A DNA stretch of 64,000 bases from Eledone cirrhosa (Eukaryota). Of the stretch, positions 37,765 through 50,189 are shown in pieces. The notes beneath the pieces are model-generated. The model was given only the letters and a program-made list of their open reading frames with translations, did no database searches and had not been told where the DNA came from. How positions within the stretch are numbered: position 1 is the stretch's first letter; the number at the start of each line of letters is the position of its first letter. A program made the translations under genes and the position numbers. The stretch spans positions 18,352,001 to 18,416,000 of the forward strand of contig OZ024750.1 of NCBI GenBank assembly GCA_964016885.1, written 5' to 3'.

Positions 37765-38310
37765 TACATACACGTATCCACACCAGCTCTTGAAACACAC
37801 ATACATACATACATACATACACGTATCCACACCAGCTCTTGAAACACACACACACACATACATACATGTATCCACACCAGCTCTTGAAACACACACAGAC
37901 ACACACACCAGCTCTTGAAACACACATACTCATCGGAAAGACACTACTTAAAATTTTCAAATAATTTTGAAAATAATCAATTTGGAAGAATTTAGTAATA
38001 TAACTAACTTTCTCATTTTCAAGCTGGTGTTTGGAACATAACTTAAAGATTCTTATATAAAATAATAAAGAAAGGTTTGGGTTTTTAAGATGAATGTAAA
38101 CATTTAAAAACAAACAGTTTTGTATCGTGAACCAGAGGCGTTTTATGTGGGTGGGTGGGTATCAAAGGGGTTAAAGTCAGCCATCAACACAAGAAGCTAG
38201 CCTCCGGTCTAACAAACGTCTGTGTATAATGTTCTCCATTTAACATACATACACAAGCTCTTGGGACACACATACAGAGAGAGGAAGGCACACGAGCTCT
38301 TGGAACAGAT
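37765..38310. repeat. AGCTCTTG(A/G)(A/G)ACA motif array with (CA)/(TACA) spacers, interrupted by a P2 MITE (~37945-38174)
   Basis: Four CACACCAGCTCTTGAAACACAC copies before the MITE and two diverged copies after it. Confidence 0.85.
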
Positions 38311-38490
38311 ACACAGACACATGTTCATACACACACATAGATACACATAGACAGATACACATAGGCGCGTACTTCTTTCCAATTTCTTTTCCTTTTCGAA
38401 GACGCAAAAGCCCCCTTTGCAGTCGTTTCCATCGATCAAAGTTGGTCACATGGCGAGAACTGCTTGTAGCAGAAAGAAACAAAGGCTATG

Positions 38491-38550
<60 letters not shown>

Positions 38551-38632
38551 TAAAATAACAGATTAAAGTTTAAGCAAAGAATCGCTGCTTATCGAGCCCT
38601 CTTTGGATTTTAGTCTTCAATTTTATTATTAT

Positions 38633-38684
<52 letters not shown>

Positions 38685-39502
38685 CTGCGTCTGTGGTGTA
38701 TGACGAATTAGTCATAAAGATAGTAGATATTGGTAATTTCTTCATATTTCTCTATATCTATTAACTTCCTCAACCACCACCACCAAGCTCATATTTCCCA
38801 TGTACAATTGAGACAGTATATGTGTGTATATACACACATACGCGTATATATACATACAAATATGTATGGTACATATTTATACTATATTAGGGTCGGACGC
38901 CATGCTTTGACACAGAGTTACGACCCTTGCCATTCTGAGTTCAAATCCCGCCGAGGTTAACTTTGCCTTTCATCCTTACTGGGTCGATAAAATAAAGTAC
39001 CAGTAATGCACTGAGTAATTGCTGGCCTTTTACCAAAAGTAGAAACAATTATAGTATACTGACTGTCAAACTAAAGCTCTTGATAGAAAGAGGTGCGGTG
39101 GCTTGGCTGAAGACATCACAACATTCATTCATATCCAAGAGAATAAATAAGCTAGTAATAATAAGCAATAGCACTAACACATCGTGGTTCAGACTAAAGG
39201 GACGTATGGGTCTAAATGGTATGGCATGGTATTGTCCCGTCACTCCCGGTGGAGGCGTAGAGGTTCCGTATTGACAAACGGCGTGACTCGGGCATTTTAA
39301 GCCTGGCGAAGCCCATCCCTCTCCAATTAAAATTTTGTTATTTTTGCACTTCAACACAATTCAACCAAAATATCCAAACAGAAGGAAGACATCAAAAGCA
39401 GATAATTTCATAGACAAATTTGTAGAAGTAAACGTTGCTTTATTATACTGTATCTTTACGTCTTTGTTCTGATTTTCGCTCAGTTTTAATATTAATATTA
39501 GT

Positions 39503-39705
39503 GAAGGCGTGTGGCTGCGTGGTTAGAAAATTGGATTTGCAATCGTAAGGTTGTGAGTTCAATTCCCGGTCCGGGTGATGCGTTGTGTCCTTGGGCAAGA
39601 CACTTTATTTCATGTTGCTCCTATCTGGAGTTGCGACCGATAGAGAGTATTAGAAATTTTAAAGACCAGCGGAAACATTGTTTCCTCGGTCCGATTTGAC
39701 GAAAG
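39503..39705 (+). mobile_element. CORE-type tRNA-SINE
   Basis: TGGCTGCGTGG A box, GAGTTCAATTCC B box, GTGTCCTTGGGCAAGACACTT. Confidence 0.88.
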
Positions 39706-39854
39706 TCGATCGAAGCTTATGTAAATAAGCTTTCACCAAAAATATCATAGTTTGTTTACAAAATCTTTAACCCTTTTCATAAGATCCCAACCAAAACAAG
39801 CTCTGGTTCTTTGAAACAAAAGCGCTCATTTTAAAGAGTTCCTATTTAAATTAA

Positions 39855-40114
39855 CCTTTTCATTACCATATTTCTAATGGAAGCCCCTGCCTACGGTTTT
39901 CAAATAATTTTGTAAATAATCAAGGATCTGGAAGGATTTAGCAATACAATATAACCAACTTACTCATTATTAAGTTGGTGTTTGGGACATAACTGAACAA
40001 AGGTTCTTTCTTACATAAGATTGTAGTGATGTTTTTAGGTAAATATAAACACTTGGAAACAAACAGCTTTGTATCGAACCAGGGGCGGTTTCAGACGATT
40101 TTGAATTGAAAGGG
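39855..40114. mobile_element. P2 piggyBac-type MITE nested at a TTAA inside another MITE (39768-40250)
   Basis: TTAA at 39851-39854 and 40115-40118; the joined flanks match the uninterrupted copy at ~11740-11940. Confidence 0.85.
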
Positions 40115-41024
40115 TTAAAATCTTCCAACAATTTTATATATGAATCATAGGTTAAATTACTTAGTAATGATTTAATTAATAATTTTAGTAAATCCCTCAA
40201 GACTCTTCATTAATTAATTAATTAATTGAAATACAATGTGTTTCATGAGAAATACAATCATACTATTGTCTGTTATACCTCAGCATCTATGTGTAAGTAA
40301 ATAAGTAATGATGACGAATAACAACAGTGAAATACAAGTATACACCATTCATACCCTGATGTTGAGATATCTGTGACATGATGATGATCATCATCATCAT
40401 TTTAATGTCCACTTTCCCTACTAGCAAGGGTTGAACAGGTCTACATAGATAAAGTCACTACTGAAGCAGGGCTACTGATCTCCCAGACAAGCCAGGAATC
40501 TGTTGTTTCACTTATGTACAGTTTTACATTCTACCAAGTACACAGGAAAGGTTGTCACGTCTTTGACACAACTGAAAGATCCCAACCCGTTGTTTGGAAA
40601 GTTTTCTATGGTTGGATGACATTATCGCCATAGCTTAAAATGTTCAGTGAAACTAAATTTATTTTTTACACAAACATATTGTATATAGGTCCACCTTTTT
40701 TCGAAATCACAATATGTTAGCGCTATTTCTGTTTAACCCTTTAGCATTTAAACCAGCTATATCCGGCCAGAATTCTCTCACCTCTTTCTGTTCAAACCGA
40801 CCATAACCGGCTGCTCATATTTATGTTAAGGTTTCTCAAAATAAATAATTTCAAAATCTCATAGATTCAACATTATGTGAGATAAAGTGTTTACCATGAA
40901 AATACAATAGTAAATATAGAGTAATGTAAATGCTAAAGGATTGATACTAGCTAGTTAAACCTGCACTTTATATAAATAAGCATTCACTAAGAATACTTTC
41001 TTTACAAAATCTGTATGACAATAT

Positions 41025-41135
41025 TGTCTTTTATACCTCAGCATCTGGGCTAAATAAGCGAGTACTGACGAATTGTAATGACAATGAAATACATATAACC
41101 AATGTTCTTACTCTGATGTTGAGGTAGGTGTGACA
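41025..41135 (+). ncRNA. Candidate structured RNA: long hairpin enclosing a type I hammerhead-like core; paralogue at 40266-40378
   Basis: CTGACGA 41065-41071, stem II ATTGT/ACAAT, GAAA 41086-41089, GAGTA/TACTC stem, outer stem TACCTCAGCATC/GATGTTGAGGTA; two imperfections near the cleavage site. Confidence 0.35.
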
Positions 41136-41811
41136 CTATCATAGTATAAAATGCTCACAGACTAAATGTATGTTTGTTATACATAAACATATTATGCTTC
41201 CATATACAACTTCATTGAATGTCAGCAGTTTCTGCTCATAGTAACATTTCCAAGCCTCTTTTTCTGAGCATCAGTGTAACTAAATGCACCGGAATCATTC
41301 TGAACACACATTTCGTCAACGGCATCCTGGTTTGCTATAAAGAACACCTCACACCTCTAATCCTCATGACACAATGTTAACAAACCTCCTGCTTTCAGCT
41401 TTTTGCACCCTCAGTGTTCAAATCCTGCTGTGGTCAGCTTTGCCTTTCATCCTTTTGAGGTTGATAAAAAAAAAGTACCAGTCCACTACTGGGGTCGATT
41501 CTTCCTCTATAGAAAAAAAATCAGCTGTGTTCAGACTTGGAGAGGTTTGGGCTCTGCCAGGTTTAAAAGTGCCCTAGACATGCTGTATGACGGTGCCTCT
41601 GCAACTCCACAAGGAGTTATGGGATCTTTATCCTTATTGTTCTTTACCTTTCTTTTAGCTACATATCGTAAGGTTCTGAGTTCAATTCCCAGCGGCACAT
41701 AGTGTCCTTGAACAAGACAATCTATTTCATGTTACTCCAGTCCACTCAGCTGGCAAAAATGAGTTGTACCTGTAATTTGACGGGCCAGCCTTATCATATT
41801 CTGTGTCATGC

Positions 41812-42640
41812 TGCCCCTATTTTTCCAGTTTTTTCACACTTGTCTCTTGGCTAATAACTGTATCTACAGTGCTGTTCCACAACCAGGTCACTCTTCATTT
41901 AGCTGGTACCTAGCTCCAGCCACGGGTCACATCAGTAGCCTGCAGTAAGTTGTCCGGTAGAAATTTCCAACTGTTTTCTATATCATATATATCTATTTCC
42001 TTCTATCTTTTGTGTCATGTAGAGATTTTCTGAACCTATATTTAACAGAAAGGTCTTTTAGCTTCCAAACCCTCATCCTCCAAAGTATTTCATGTTTTTG
42101 ATGTCATCTAGTTCATATTCTGATGTCACTGATAATTAACTTATGTTGGGGGTGGAGACATTTTTCACCAGGAAAGACCTTTATTTCATAAACCATCTGT
42201 CTATTTCAGTTTCTAAAGAGCAGGACACCCATCTGGTTAGTATGTTCGCCTGATTAGTAGGTGATTATATGCCTGGCTGGATCCCTGAAGTTAGTGTTAC
42301 AAATAGTGAAATCATTCACATCACTGAATTTTAGGAACCTTGATCTCTCTTCATTCCTCAAGCCACATCCATAGACATTATGTACTCTGAAGTAGTCATA
42401 ATAGTGTTGACCAACATGACAATTGAAGACACCAGCCAGAATGAAGGAAGTCATTGTTTGTTGACAAGGTTGTTTGTAAAAGTTCCTCATAGAACTTTTC
42501 CTTAGTCATTCTACTATCTATGACCATTCCGAGCATGACAATTCTGTCATTCACTCTACCTCAATTACCTTATCTACCCAGTCCTTAGCTAGTAAAATAC
42601 CTATTCCAACTACCCCAGAAAGCTTATAACTAAGTTGTTT
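41812..42640 (-). mobile_element. Decayed RTE LINE endonuclease region
   Basis: ILAGVFNCHVG..GCGLRNEERSRFLKF..NDFTICNTNFR..HIITY. Confidence 0.85.
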
Positions 42641-42697
42641 GCCTCTAGTATATATATATATATATATACACTATACACACACACATATATATATATA

Positions 42698-43021
42698 AAG
42701 GGGTAAAGACTCCCTTTGGTCACGAATGACCATGGGATTTTCACCTAGAAAGTTCCCCTCTAAGACCCAAGTCCAGGAAAGGCTGTTCGTGGAACATCAA
42801 CAATCGCCCATACATATCAGTCTCCCTTCTCCACATCACCAATGTTGTCCAATACAGCTTGGCACCAGTGATGTTGCATCTCATTTCTACAGCTGAGTAA
42901 ATTGAAGCAATGTGAAATAAAGTGTCTTGCTCAAGAACACAACGGAAAGCCCGGTCCAAGAATAAAACTCACAATCTCATGATTGTAAACCAGATGCTCT
43001 AAGCACTAAGCCATGCACCTT

Positions 43022-43023
<2 letters not shown>
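42698..43023 (-). mobile_element. CORE-type SINE with a tail also seen at ~18270-18400
   Basis: Head at 42880-43023; tail ending in hairpin GGTCA.TCGTGACC. Confidence 0.8.
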
Positions 43024-43079
<56 letters not shown>

Positions 43080-43099
43080 CATCATTATTTTATGTTCAT

Positions 43100-43289
43100 G
43101 GCGGTGGATTGGCAGTATTGGTAGAGGGTCGGACGCCATGCTTTGATGCATAGAGTTACGGCCCTTGCCATTCTAAGTTCAAATCCCGCCGAGGTTAACT
43201 TTGCCTTTCATCCTTACGGGGTCGATAAAATAAAGTACCAGTAATGTACTGAGTAATTGCAGGCCTTGTGCCAAAAGTAGAAACAATTA
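43100..43289 (+). mobile_element. SINE family A with 16-bp TSD
   Basis: ATTATTTTAT(G/A)TTCAT at 43084-43099 and 43286-43301. Confidence 0.93.
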
Positions 43290-43559
43290 TTTTATATTCA
43301 TTTTTCCATGCTTGTATAGGTTGGACAAGTCATTTCCAGCACAGCTTTCTTCCACCTATTGTGTTCCTTAGGCTACACTTCCCATCACCCCTTCCACATT
43401 ATTTATTCTCCTCACCTAGTCTTCCTCCATGCACACCTGATCTGCCCCTCTCCCACCATAGTCTTTCACCAATTCATATACCTGATTCTTACCCAAAGGT
43501 GTATACACCTTCTCTGTACTGATAGCTTGCTCTCACTATTTCTCTCCCTATGACCCAAC

Positions 43560-44110
43560 ACTTACTTACCCTTCTCCCCACCTCGTTGCCCAACCAGGCT
43601 AGCATGGAAAGCCTGGCTCATATCACATTACCGATAGCCCAAAAGCCATCACTCATTCACTCTAAAGCCAACCCTCCATTCATGGGATAGTAACGGGCAG
43701 CCTAAACCCCACCCCACCTACTCTGATGCCTTCTCCCCACACTTCCTATCAGTGCCTTCCAGCCTAGCCTATGATACAAGCACCTTACTGTTGAAATGTG
43801 GTAGTACTGGTTTCACAATAAAATGCACACAACACCACCACCACCACCTCACCGCACTTGGATGTGGGAGTGCTGGTGCAAATGAAAAAAGCACCAAGCC
43901 GACCTTGTCAGATGGTAGTGGTGGTGCCACAAGAAAATAAATGCGTTACGTGCTGTGAAGTCGTTCACATTATGAAGGGCATCCAGCTATAGAAACCTTG
44001 CCATAATGGAACGTATGAACAAAATACAGTCACCTGACCTGCATGTATAACCTCAAGTGAAAACCTGCTTAACCCATGCATGTGTGCAAAATAGACGTAA
44101 AACAGAGATG
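43560..44110 (+). mobile_element. C-rich repeat joined to an RTE-type tail; homologous to ~55330-55700
   Basis: CCCA.CCAGG.T..CATG.AAAGCC.GGC.CAT..CACA.TAC and CACTCA.TC.CT..AA.GCCA shared between the two loci. Confidence 0.6.
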
Positions 44111-44151
44111 GTGATTATTTATATACATATATATTATGTAAATATATATAC

Positions 44152-44190
<39 letters not shown>

Positions 44191-44195
<5 letters not shown>

Positions 44196-44810
44196 AACAA
44201 GACCCCGACGGCTGAGCTCAAGCCGTCGGGGTCTTACTTGTTCCTATTACCCACTCTACTACCCTAAGTATTGAGTACTTTGGTGCGTTATGGTCCACCT
44301 GTTTCCTTACCACTTTTCCTTCGTTATCTAGCTCCTATCCCCGTAGTAGAGCACTTTCCGACCCTACCACGCCGTATCCAGACTTTTCCGCTAAGCTCAA
44401 TTTCTTTCACCCGCACCATGCGAATTTTCTTGAAACGGCTTGAGCTCAGCCGTTGGGGTCTTACTTGTTCCTATTATCCACTCTACTACCCTAAGTATTG
44501 AGTACTTTGGTGCGTTATGGTCCACCTGGTTCCATTCTGAGACGAGATTACATACTGAGGCATATCTGAGGTTCTTTCGATTCCAGAGTCAGGTTCAATC
44601 AATAATAGATCATTCCTCGAGCTGATCGACAGTGAAACATATGTAATATGTTATTAAATATGTTATGCTGCAACACTGACTCTTTGTTCCTTTATTCTTA
44701 TAATATTGTTATATTTGGGGAGGGTCATATTGTTATATTATTGCCAGAAATAATAATAGAACACACTCACTGTTTGCTTTGGGTTGGTTTTCGCTTCTGT
44801 ATCTTATATA
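44191..44810 (+). mobile_element. Penelope-like non-autonomous element: inverted 5' piece plus direct (pLTR-like) repeats
   Basis: Hairpin 44191-44247; direct repeats ~44221-44313 and ~44448-44533; flanked by (TA)n on both sides. Confidence 0.6.
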
Positions 44811-45786
44811 TATATATATATATATCATTTATGTTATGCTGTTTAGCAATGGGTAGAACTGGTGGTTTGGATTGGTAAATGATGATGCAGCAAATTAATT
44901 AAAGCACTCAACATTATGTAAATCATCCACCGTAGATGTAGCATCCAGTGGTTGGTGCAGGAACAAAGTTAAGTATTCATTAAAACAACAACAGAAAGCT
45001 GGACTGGAAAATTTACTTTAGAATTTTAATTCCGCAAAAGCACTACACATTTTTCAATGGCCGAGCCCAATCATCCGATTATGATGTAACACTAGACGAT
45101 TTCATCAGGTGTTATTTGCAGAATTATATAATAGGATTATGTTGAACGCAAACAGAGAATAGAAGATACAAAAAATTTAATATAGAAAATAGAGGGCCGA
45201 TTCAATTCATGGACCGCCTGCTAATTTGGCGTTATATCAATAGCAGACGATTTCCAAAGAAATTTAAAATAGAAAATAGAAAACCGATTCAATTGGTGTC
45301 GTACTTAACTTTCTATTCATTCTGTATTAAATTTTCGAACCATTGAGTGCTTTGTGACTGCCTCAAACAATTTGATTGGTGTCTGCTATAACTTCGATAT
45401 ATACATATTATTATATATTTATATATATATATATATGGATGGCACTCCGTCGGTTATTGTGATCAGTGACCCAGCTGATCTGATCAACGGAACAGCTTGC
45501 TCATGAAATTAACATGCAAGTGGCTGAGCATTCCACAAGCATTGACTTGAATGTATAACCTCAAGTGAAAACAATATATATTATGTATAACTATATATAT
45601 ATATATATATATGTACACACACGTATATATGATGATGATGGCTGCATCTTGGTTATGAGTAATGCCATCGCTTGATACTTAAACATGAGCATCACAGACA
45701 TGGCTTTTTGGTCCTGCTAAGGACTTGCCTATGGCCAGCAATACCATGCATCGCAAAAGAATGTCACATAATGCCTGTGCTTGAAG

Positions 45787-45818
<32 letters not shown>

Positions 45819-46053
45819 GGAAAAAGAAGTTGAAAATGCAATTGGAGTCTTTAAGAAGATTTCTTTAAAATATCTTTACTGGTTTCAGTTTTATGATTTT
45901 CAAACATTAAGTGAGATGGAGCGATATGTATGACATTATGGCATAGTCACACATCTCTCCATCTCACCTTTTGAGAATCATCAAACTGCAAAACCGGTAA
46001 ACTTATTGCAAATAAATCATCAAGATTCCAATTGCATTTTCAATGTTTTCCTG
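45819..46053. repeat. ~235-bp foldback (long imperfect inverted repeat)
   Basis: TTGAAAATGCAATTGGAGTCTT / AAGATTCCAATTGCATTTTCAA, TTTACTGGTTT / AAACCGGTAAA, GTGAGATGGAG / CTCCATCTCAC. Confidence 0.9.
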
Positions 46054-46140
46054 TTTTTATCCATGTGGGATATAAAAAAAAAAAAACCTTACTTTCTTGT
46101 ACATAATATATATATACATTTGTAATATATACATACACAC

Positions 46141-46186
<46 letters not shown>

Positions 46187-46203
46187 TTATATATATATAT
46201 ATT

Positions 46204-46237
<34 letters not shown>

Positions 46238-46284
46238 TATACACATATATATATATATATTTATATATATATTTATATTTATAT

Positions 46285-46317
<33 letters not shown>

Positions 46318-46342
46318 TACATAATATTATATAGATATACAA

Positions 46343-46535
46343 GGGCGGTGGATTGGCAGTATCGGTAGAGGGTTGGACACCATGCTTTCCAGCATAGAGT
46401 TACGTCCCTTTACGGTCTGAGTTCAAATCCCGTCGAGGTTAACTTTGCCTTTCATCCTTACGGGGGTCGATAAAATAAAGTACCAGTAATACACTGGGAT
46501 AATTGCTGGCCTTGTACCAAAAATAGAAACAATTA
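46343..46535 (+). mobile_element. SINE family A with a perfect 16-bp TSD
   Basis: ATTATATAGATATACA at 46326-46341 and 46532-46547. Confidence 0.95.
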
Positions 46536-46632
46536 TATAGATATACACATCTTTATTATATAAAGAAACGAGTTCTACAGGACTAGAACCGTTTCTTGAT
46601 GATTTCATATATATATATATACATCGACATAT

Positions 46633-46677
<45 letters not shown>

Positions 46678-47053
46678 CCCATATTTATATAACTCACTCT
46701 TCTTCCTCTGAGCGTGAAACTAATACACTTTATTGCATCCCTTGTTTGTTCGTTTTTTTCTTTCCTCGATTTATATATACACATTTATACAGTTATATAG
46801 GTTTGGCTGTGTAAAGTCAGATAGTTTGAGGGAAGGGATAATTTTCCACCATGGAACTCTTGGCATTCGAGTCACTCACGACGAGATTGATAAAAACAAG
46901 CACTAAAAATAAGTAGTGGGGGGGGGGGGGGGTCCATATGATTAGCTAAATAAATCCCTTCAAGGCAATTGCCCCAGCATGGCCGCAGTCTAATGACTGA
47001 AACCACTAAAGTGAGTGAGTGTGTATGTATATACACACACATATGTGTGTGTA

Positions 47054-47120
<67 letters not shown>

Positions 47121-47268
47121 GTGTGTATATATATATGTGTATGAATATATATGTGTGTGTGTGTGTGTGATTATATAATTATTTCTACTTTCGGCACAAG
47201 GCCAGCAAATACCCAATGTATTACTGGTACTTTATTTTATCGACAATGATAAATGTATATACATATGT

Positions 47269-47300
<32 letters not shown>

Positions 47301-47304
<4 letters not shown>

Positions 47305-47432
47305 CGAAGGAAATGTGGTAAGGAACCAGGTGGACCATAACGCACCAAAGTACTCAATACTTAGGGTAGTAGAGTGGGTAATAGGAACCAGTAAGACCCC
47401 GACGGCTGAGCTCAAGCCGTTTCGACGGCTAA
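47301..47432 (-). mobile_element. Further copy of the 44.2-kb Penelope-like terminal repeat
   Basis: Near-identical reverse complement, embedded in (TA)n. Confidence 0.8.
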
Positions 47433-47694
47433 TTCTAATATATATATATATATATATATAGTATATGTGTGTACGAAGGTGTAAATGAATTGAAATTTTA
47501 AATGCAAAATAAATTATAATTTAAATGATTAGTTAGGTCTCTCGGTTTTATTGTTGTTATTGTTGTCTCTCCTAATAAAGTTTCATCCTTTACCCCGCCT
47601 TTTCTTTCTGTCATCATTTGAATGATCAAATGTCGCAGTGTCATTGTGAAAACATATATATTAGAAACACGCATTAACATGTGTCTTTGTGTAT

Positions 47695-47930
47695 GAGTGT
47701 TTCTACTTGCTGTGTGTTTATTTCTACTTATTGTATGTATGTTTCTAGTTACTGCGCGCGCGCGCGCGTTTGTGTACGAGTGTTTCTACTTACTCTGTGT
47801 GTGTGTGTGTTTATTTCAACTTACTGTGTGTATGTGTGTTTCTACTTACTATGCGTGTGTGCTTATTTCTACTTACTGTGTGTATGTGTGTTTCTACTCA
47901 CTATGTGTGTGTGTGTGTGTGTTTCTACAT
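47695..47930. repeat. TTTCTACTTAC motif repeated about 9 times with (TG)n spacers
   Basis: Direct reading. Confidence 0.85.
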
Positions 47931-48184
47931 ATTTGTAATGTGAGCATTTGTTATTTAGCCCCAGGTCAGCAATGGTTAAGTAGATTTTTATACTCAAAAG
48001 GATTCGGGCCTCGTGTATTTCTTGTGTGTAAACGAAATTAAATTAGGTGATGTATAATGCCTATTCTCTTAACCAACATTGTGTAGTCTTAAATATAATC
48101 TATTGTAAAACGGTAGAGTAGAGTGGGATTTAGTTGCTATTTCTAGCGTGTCGAGAGACCAGGTGTGGGCTTATTTGGTACTCA

Positions 48185-48240
<56 letters not shown>

Positions 48241-48497
48241 ACATGTAAAGGATCTAGAATGTATATAACTGCATCAGTTTATATCCGACACTTGTATTTC
48301 TCAAATATTTTCAAGGCGAAGCCTTATTAAGTAACAAAACGTATGTTTCTTTTAAACGGTTAAGATTCAACGCCAAATTTGTGTTATAGCTATTGTATGT
48401 ATGCCTGCAAGTCTGTGGCTTTCATTGTATTAATAGTGAGCGAGAAATTTTGTCTTTTTTCTCTTCATTTTAAATGAAAATATAAAAATTGACTTAC

Positions 48498-48748
48498 CTC
48501 CTCCTCCTCCTCGTGTCTTAAAAGTATACAAAATGTTGTTCAAAAACGACAACTCGGCTGTTTGAAACTAGACAGGGGTGATTCGGAGCTTGAAGTAATC
48601 AGATATGATTCAACATCAATAATAGGGCATGTATAAAAGGAACCCCCCTTTCTCTTTCTCTCACGTTTCCCTTTATTCCTCTCGTCCCTTTTTTTTTCCT
48701 CCCCTTTGCTATTTAGTAAATGGTCTTTATAGTTTGTTGTTATTTCCA
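48498..48748 (-). other. Candidate exon (first or internal) of a minus-strand transcript
   Basis: Consensus donor GAG|GTAAGT (48492-48500); upstream CT-rich tract ending GCAG; unique CpG-containing sequence. Confidence 0.4.
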
Positions 48749-50189
48749 CTGCTCCGGCAGAGAGACAGAAAGAGGGAAATGATATAGCAGAGATAGGCGA
48801 ACTCGGAATGCTGGCATTGGTCTCATTGCATCACTTTTACAATGAACATTTTATAATAGAATTTACAAAGAAAATTCAGCAGAATGAAATCCACTTGTCA
48901 AATACTATAAACACTGCTTTCTTGTAACACTAATTATCCATTATTGTAATAATGAGATATATATATATATAGTTATACATATATGATATATATAATATAT
49001 AAGGTTTATCATTTATCACTGTTTCTCCCTAGAGTGTTACGGTGGTTGTTAATTGGTGAACGTCGGAATTGTTACAGGAAAGGGTGAGACAGAGAAAGAG
49101 TGGACAGGCCCGGCTTATTATGTATGTGTGTGTGTGTATATATATATATACACAGCGTGTGTATAGCAAGAGTGTGTGAGTTGGGTTGGGTTCAATTGGC
49201 AATGTGTTACTGGTAAGAAGAGAGAGAAGAGGAGAAGGAAGAAGAAGCGTCAGTAGACTTAATCGGCAACACTGGAGAGAGAATGATTAACCTGCTACTG
49301 CGTGACTTAGTTGTTGTTGTTGTGTCTCCTACCTCTGTCTCTCTCTCTCTGTTCTCAATGAAACACAGAAATCACTGACTTGCATCTGACAATCTAGATA
49401 CTAGACGGGGGAACAAAAGTAGTTGATGTTAGTCGATTATTTTACGGATGCTCAGAAAAGAAAAAAGATAATTTTTCTTTCTTACACTTTCTCCCTTTAT
49501 CTCTCTCTTTAAAAATGAATCACCAAATTAAAACATCTTGTACATGTAAACGCAGTTTATATAATAAATATGTTTTACAAAAGAAACAAATCGATAATGA
49601 TTAATCTGAGAAAAAATAATGAGAAAACGTTATTCCACACAATTCGATAGGGAACTAGAATCGTCTACTCTCTCTTATTGCTTCTATTTCTTTTGGATAA
49701 GTCCAGATTTTCATAGTTATGGAGATGAGAAAGATGTGGTGATTATGACTTTCCTTGAGGGCATTATTAGGAGTGTAACTGAAATACAATGTCTTCAACC
49801 ACAAATTAAAACTATGTTGCGGTCTAGCGAACTGTAACTTATAATCTATTGTTTCATGCCACTTTAATATTGATTTCTTTTGACAAGGCAGTAATTTCAT
49901 ACATTTTAGGACATGGGGTGTTATAACTAGTGTGGAAGGGTCATTTTTGCTATTGAAATAAATACACATGAAAACTGCTAAATTCACTTTACATCATTTC
50001 TTGCTGTTAAAATTTTCGTCACACTGTTTGTGACCTGGTCACTGACATTGTTCCACTGCCAATCATGTAGCGTTAATAATTTTTCTTTTCTTTTTTCATA
50101 CTGGTATGACCGGTATAAATGGAAAAATGAAATGACATCAACCGAGGATGGAAACTCTGTCTCAACCCCACAGCACTTAGTCCTACACT

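Noticed and set aside
41120-41141. TGAGGTAG (let-7 seed) in the hairpin 3' arm
   Set aside because: No match beyond 8 nt, wrong arm position, and the paralogue has TGAGATAT
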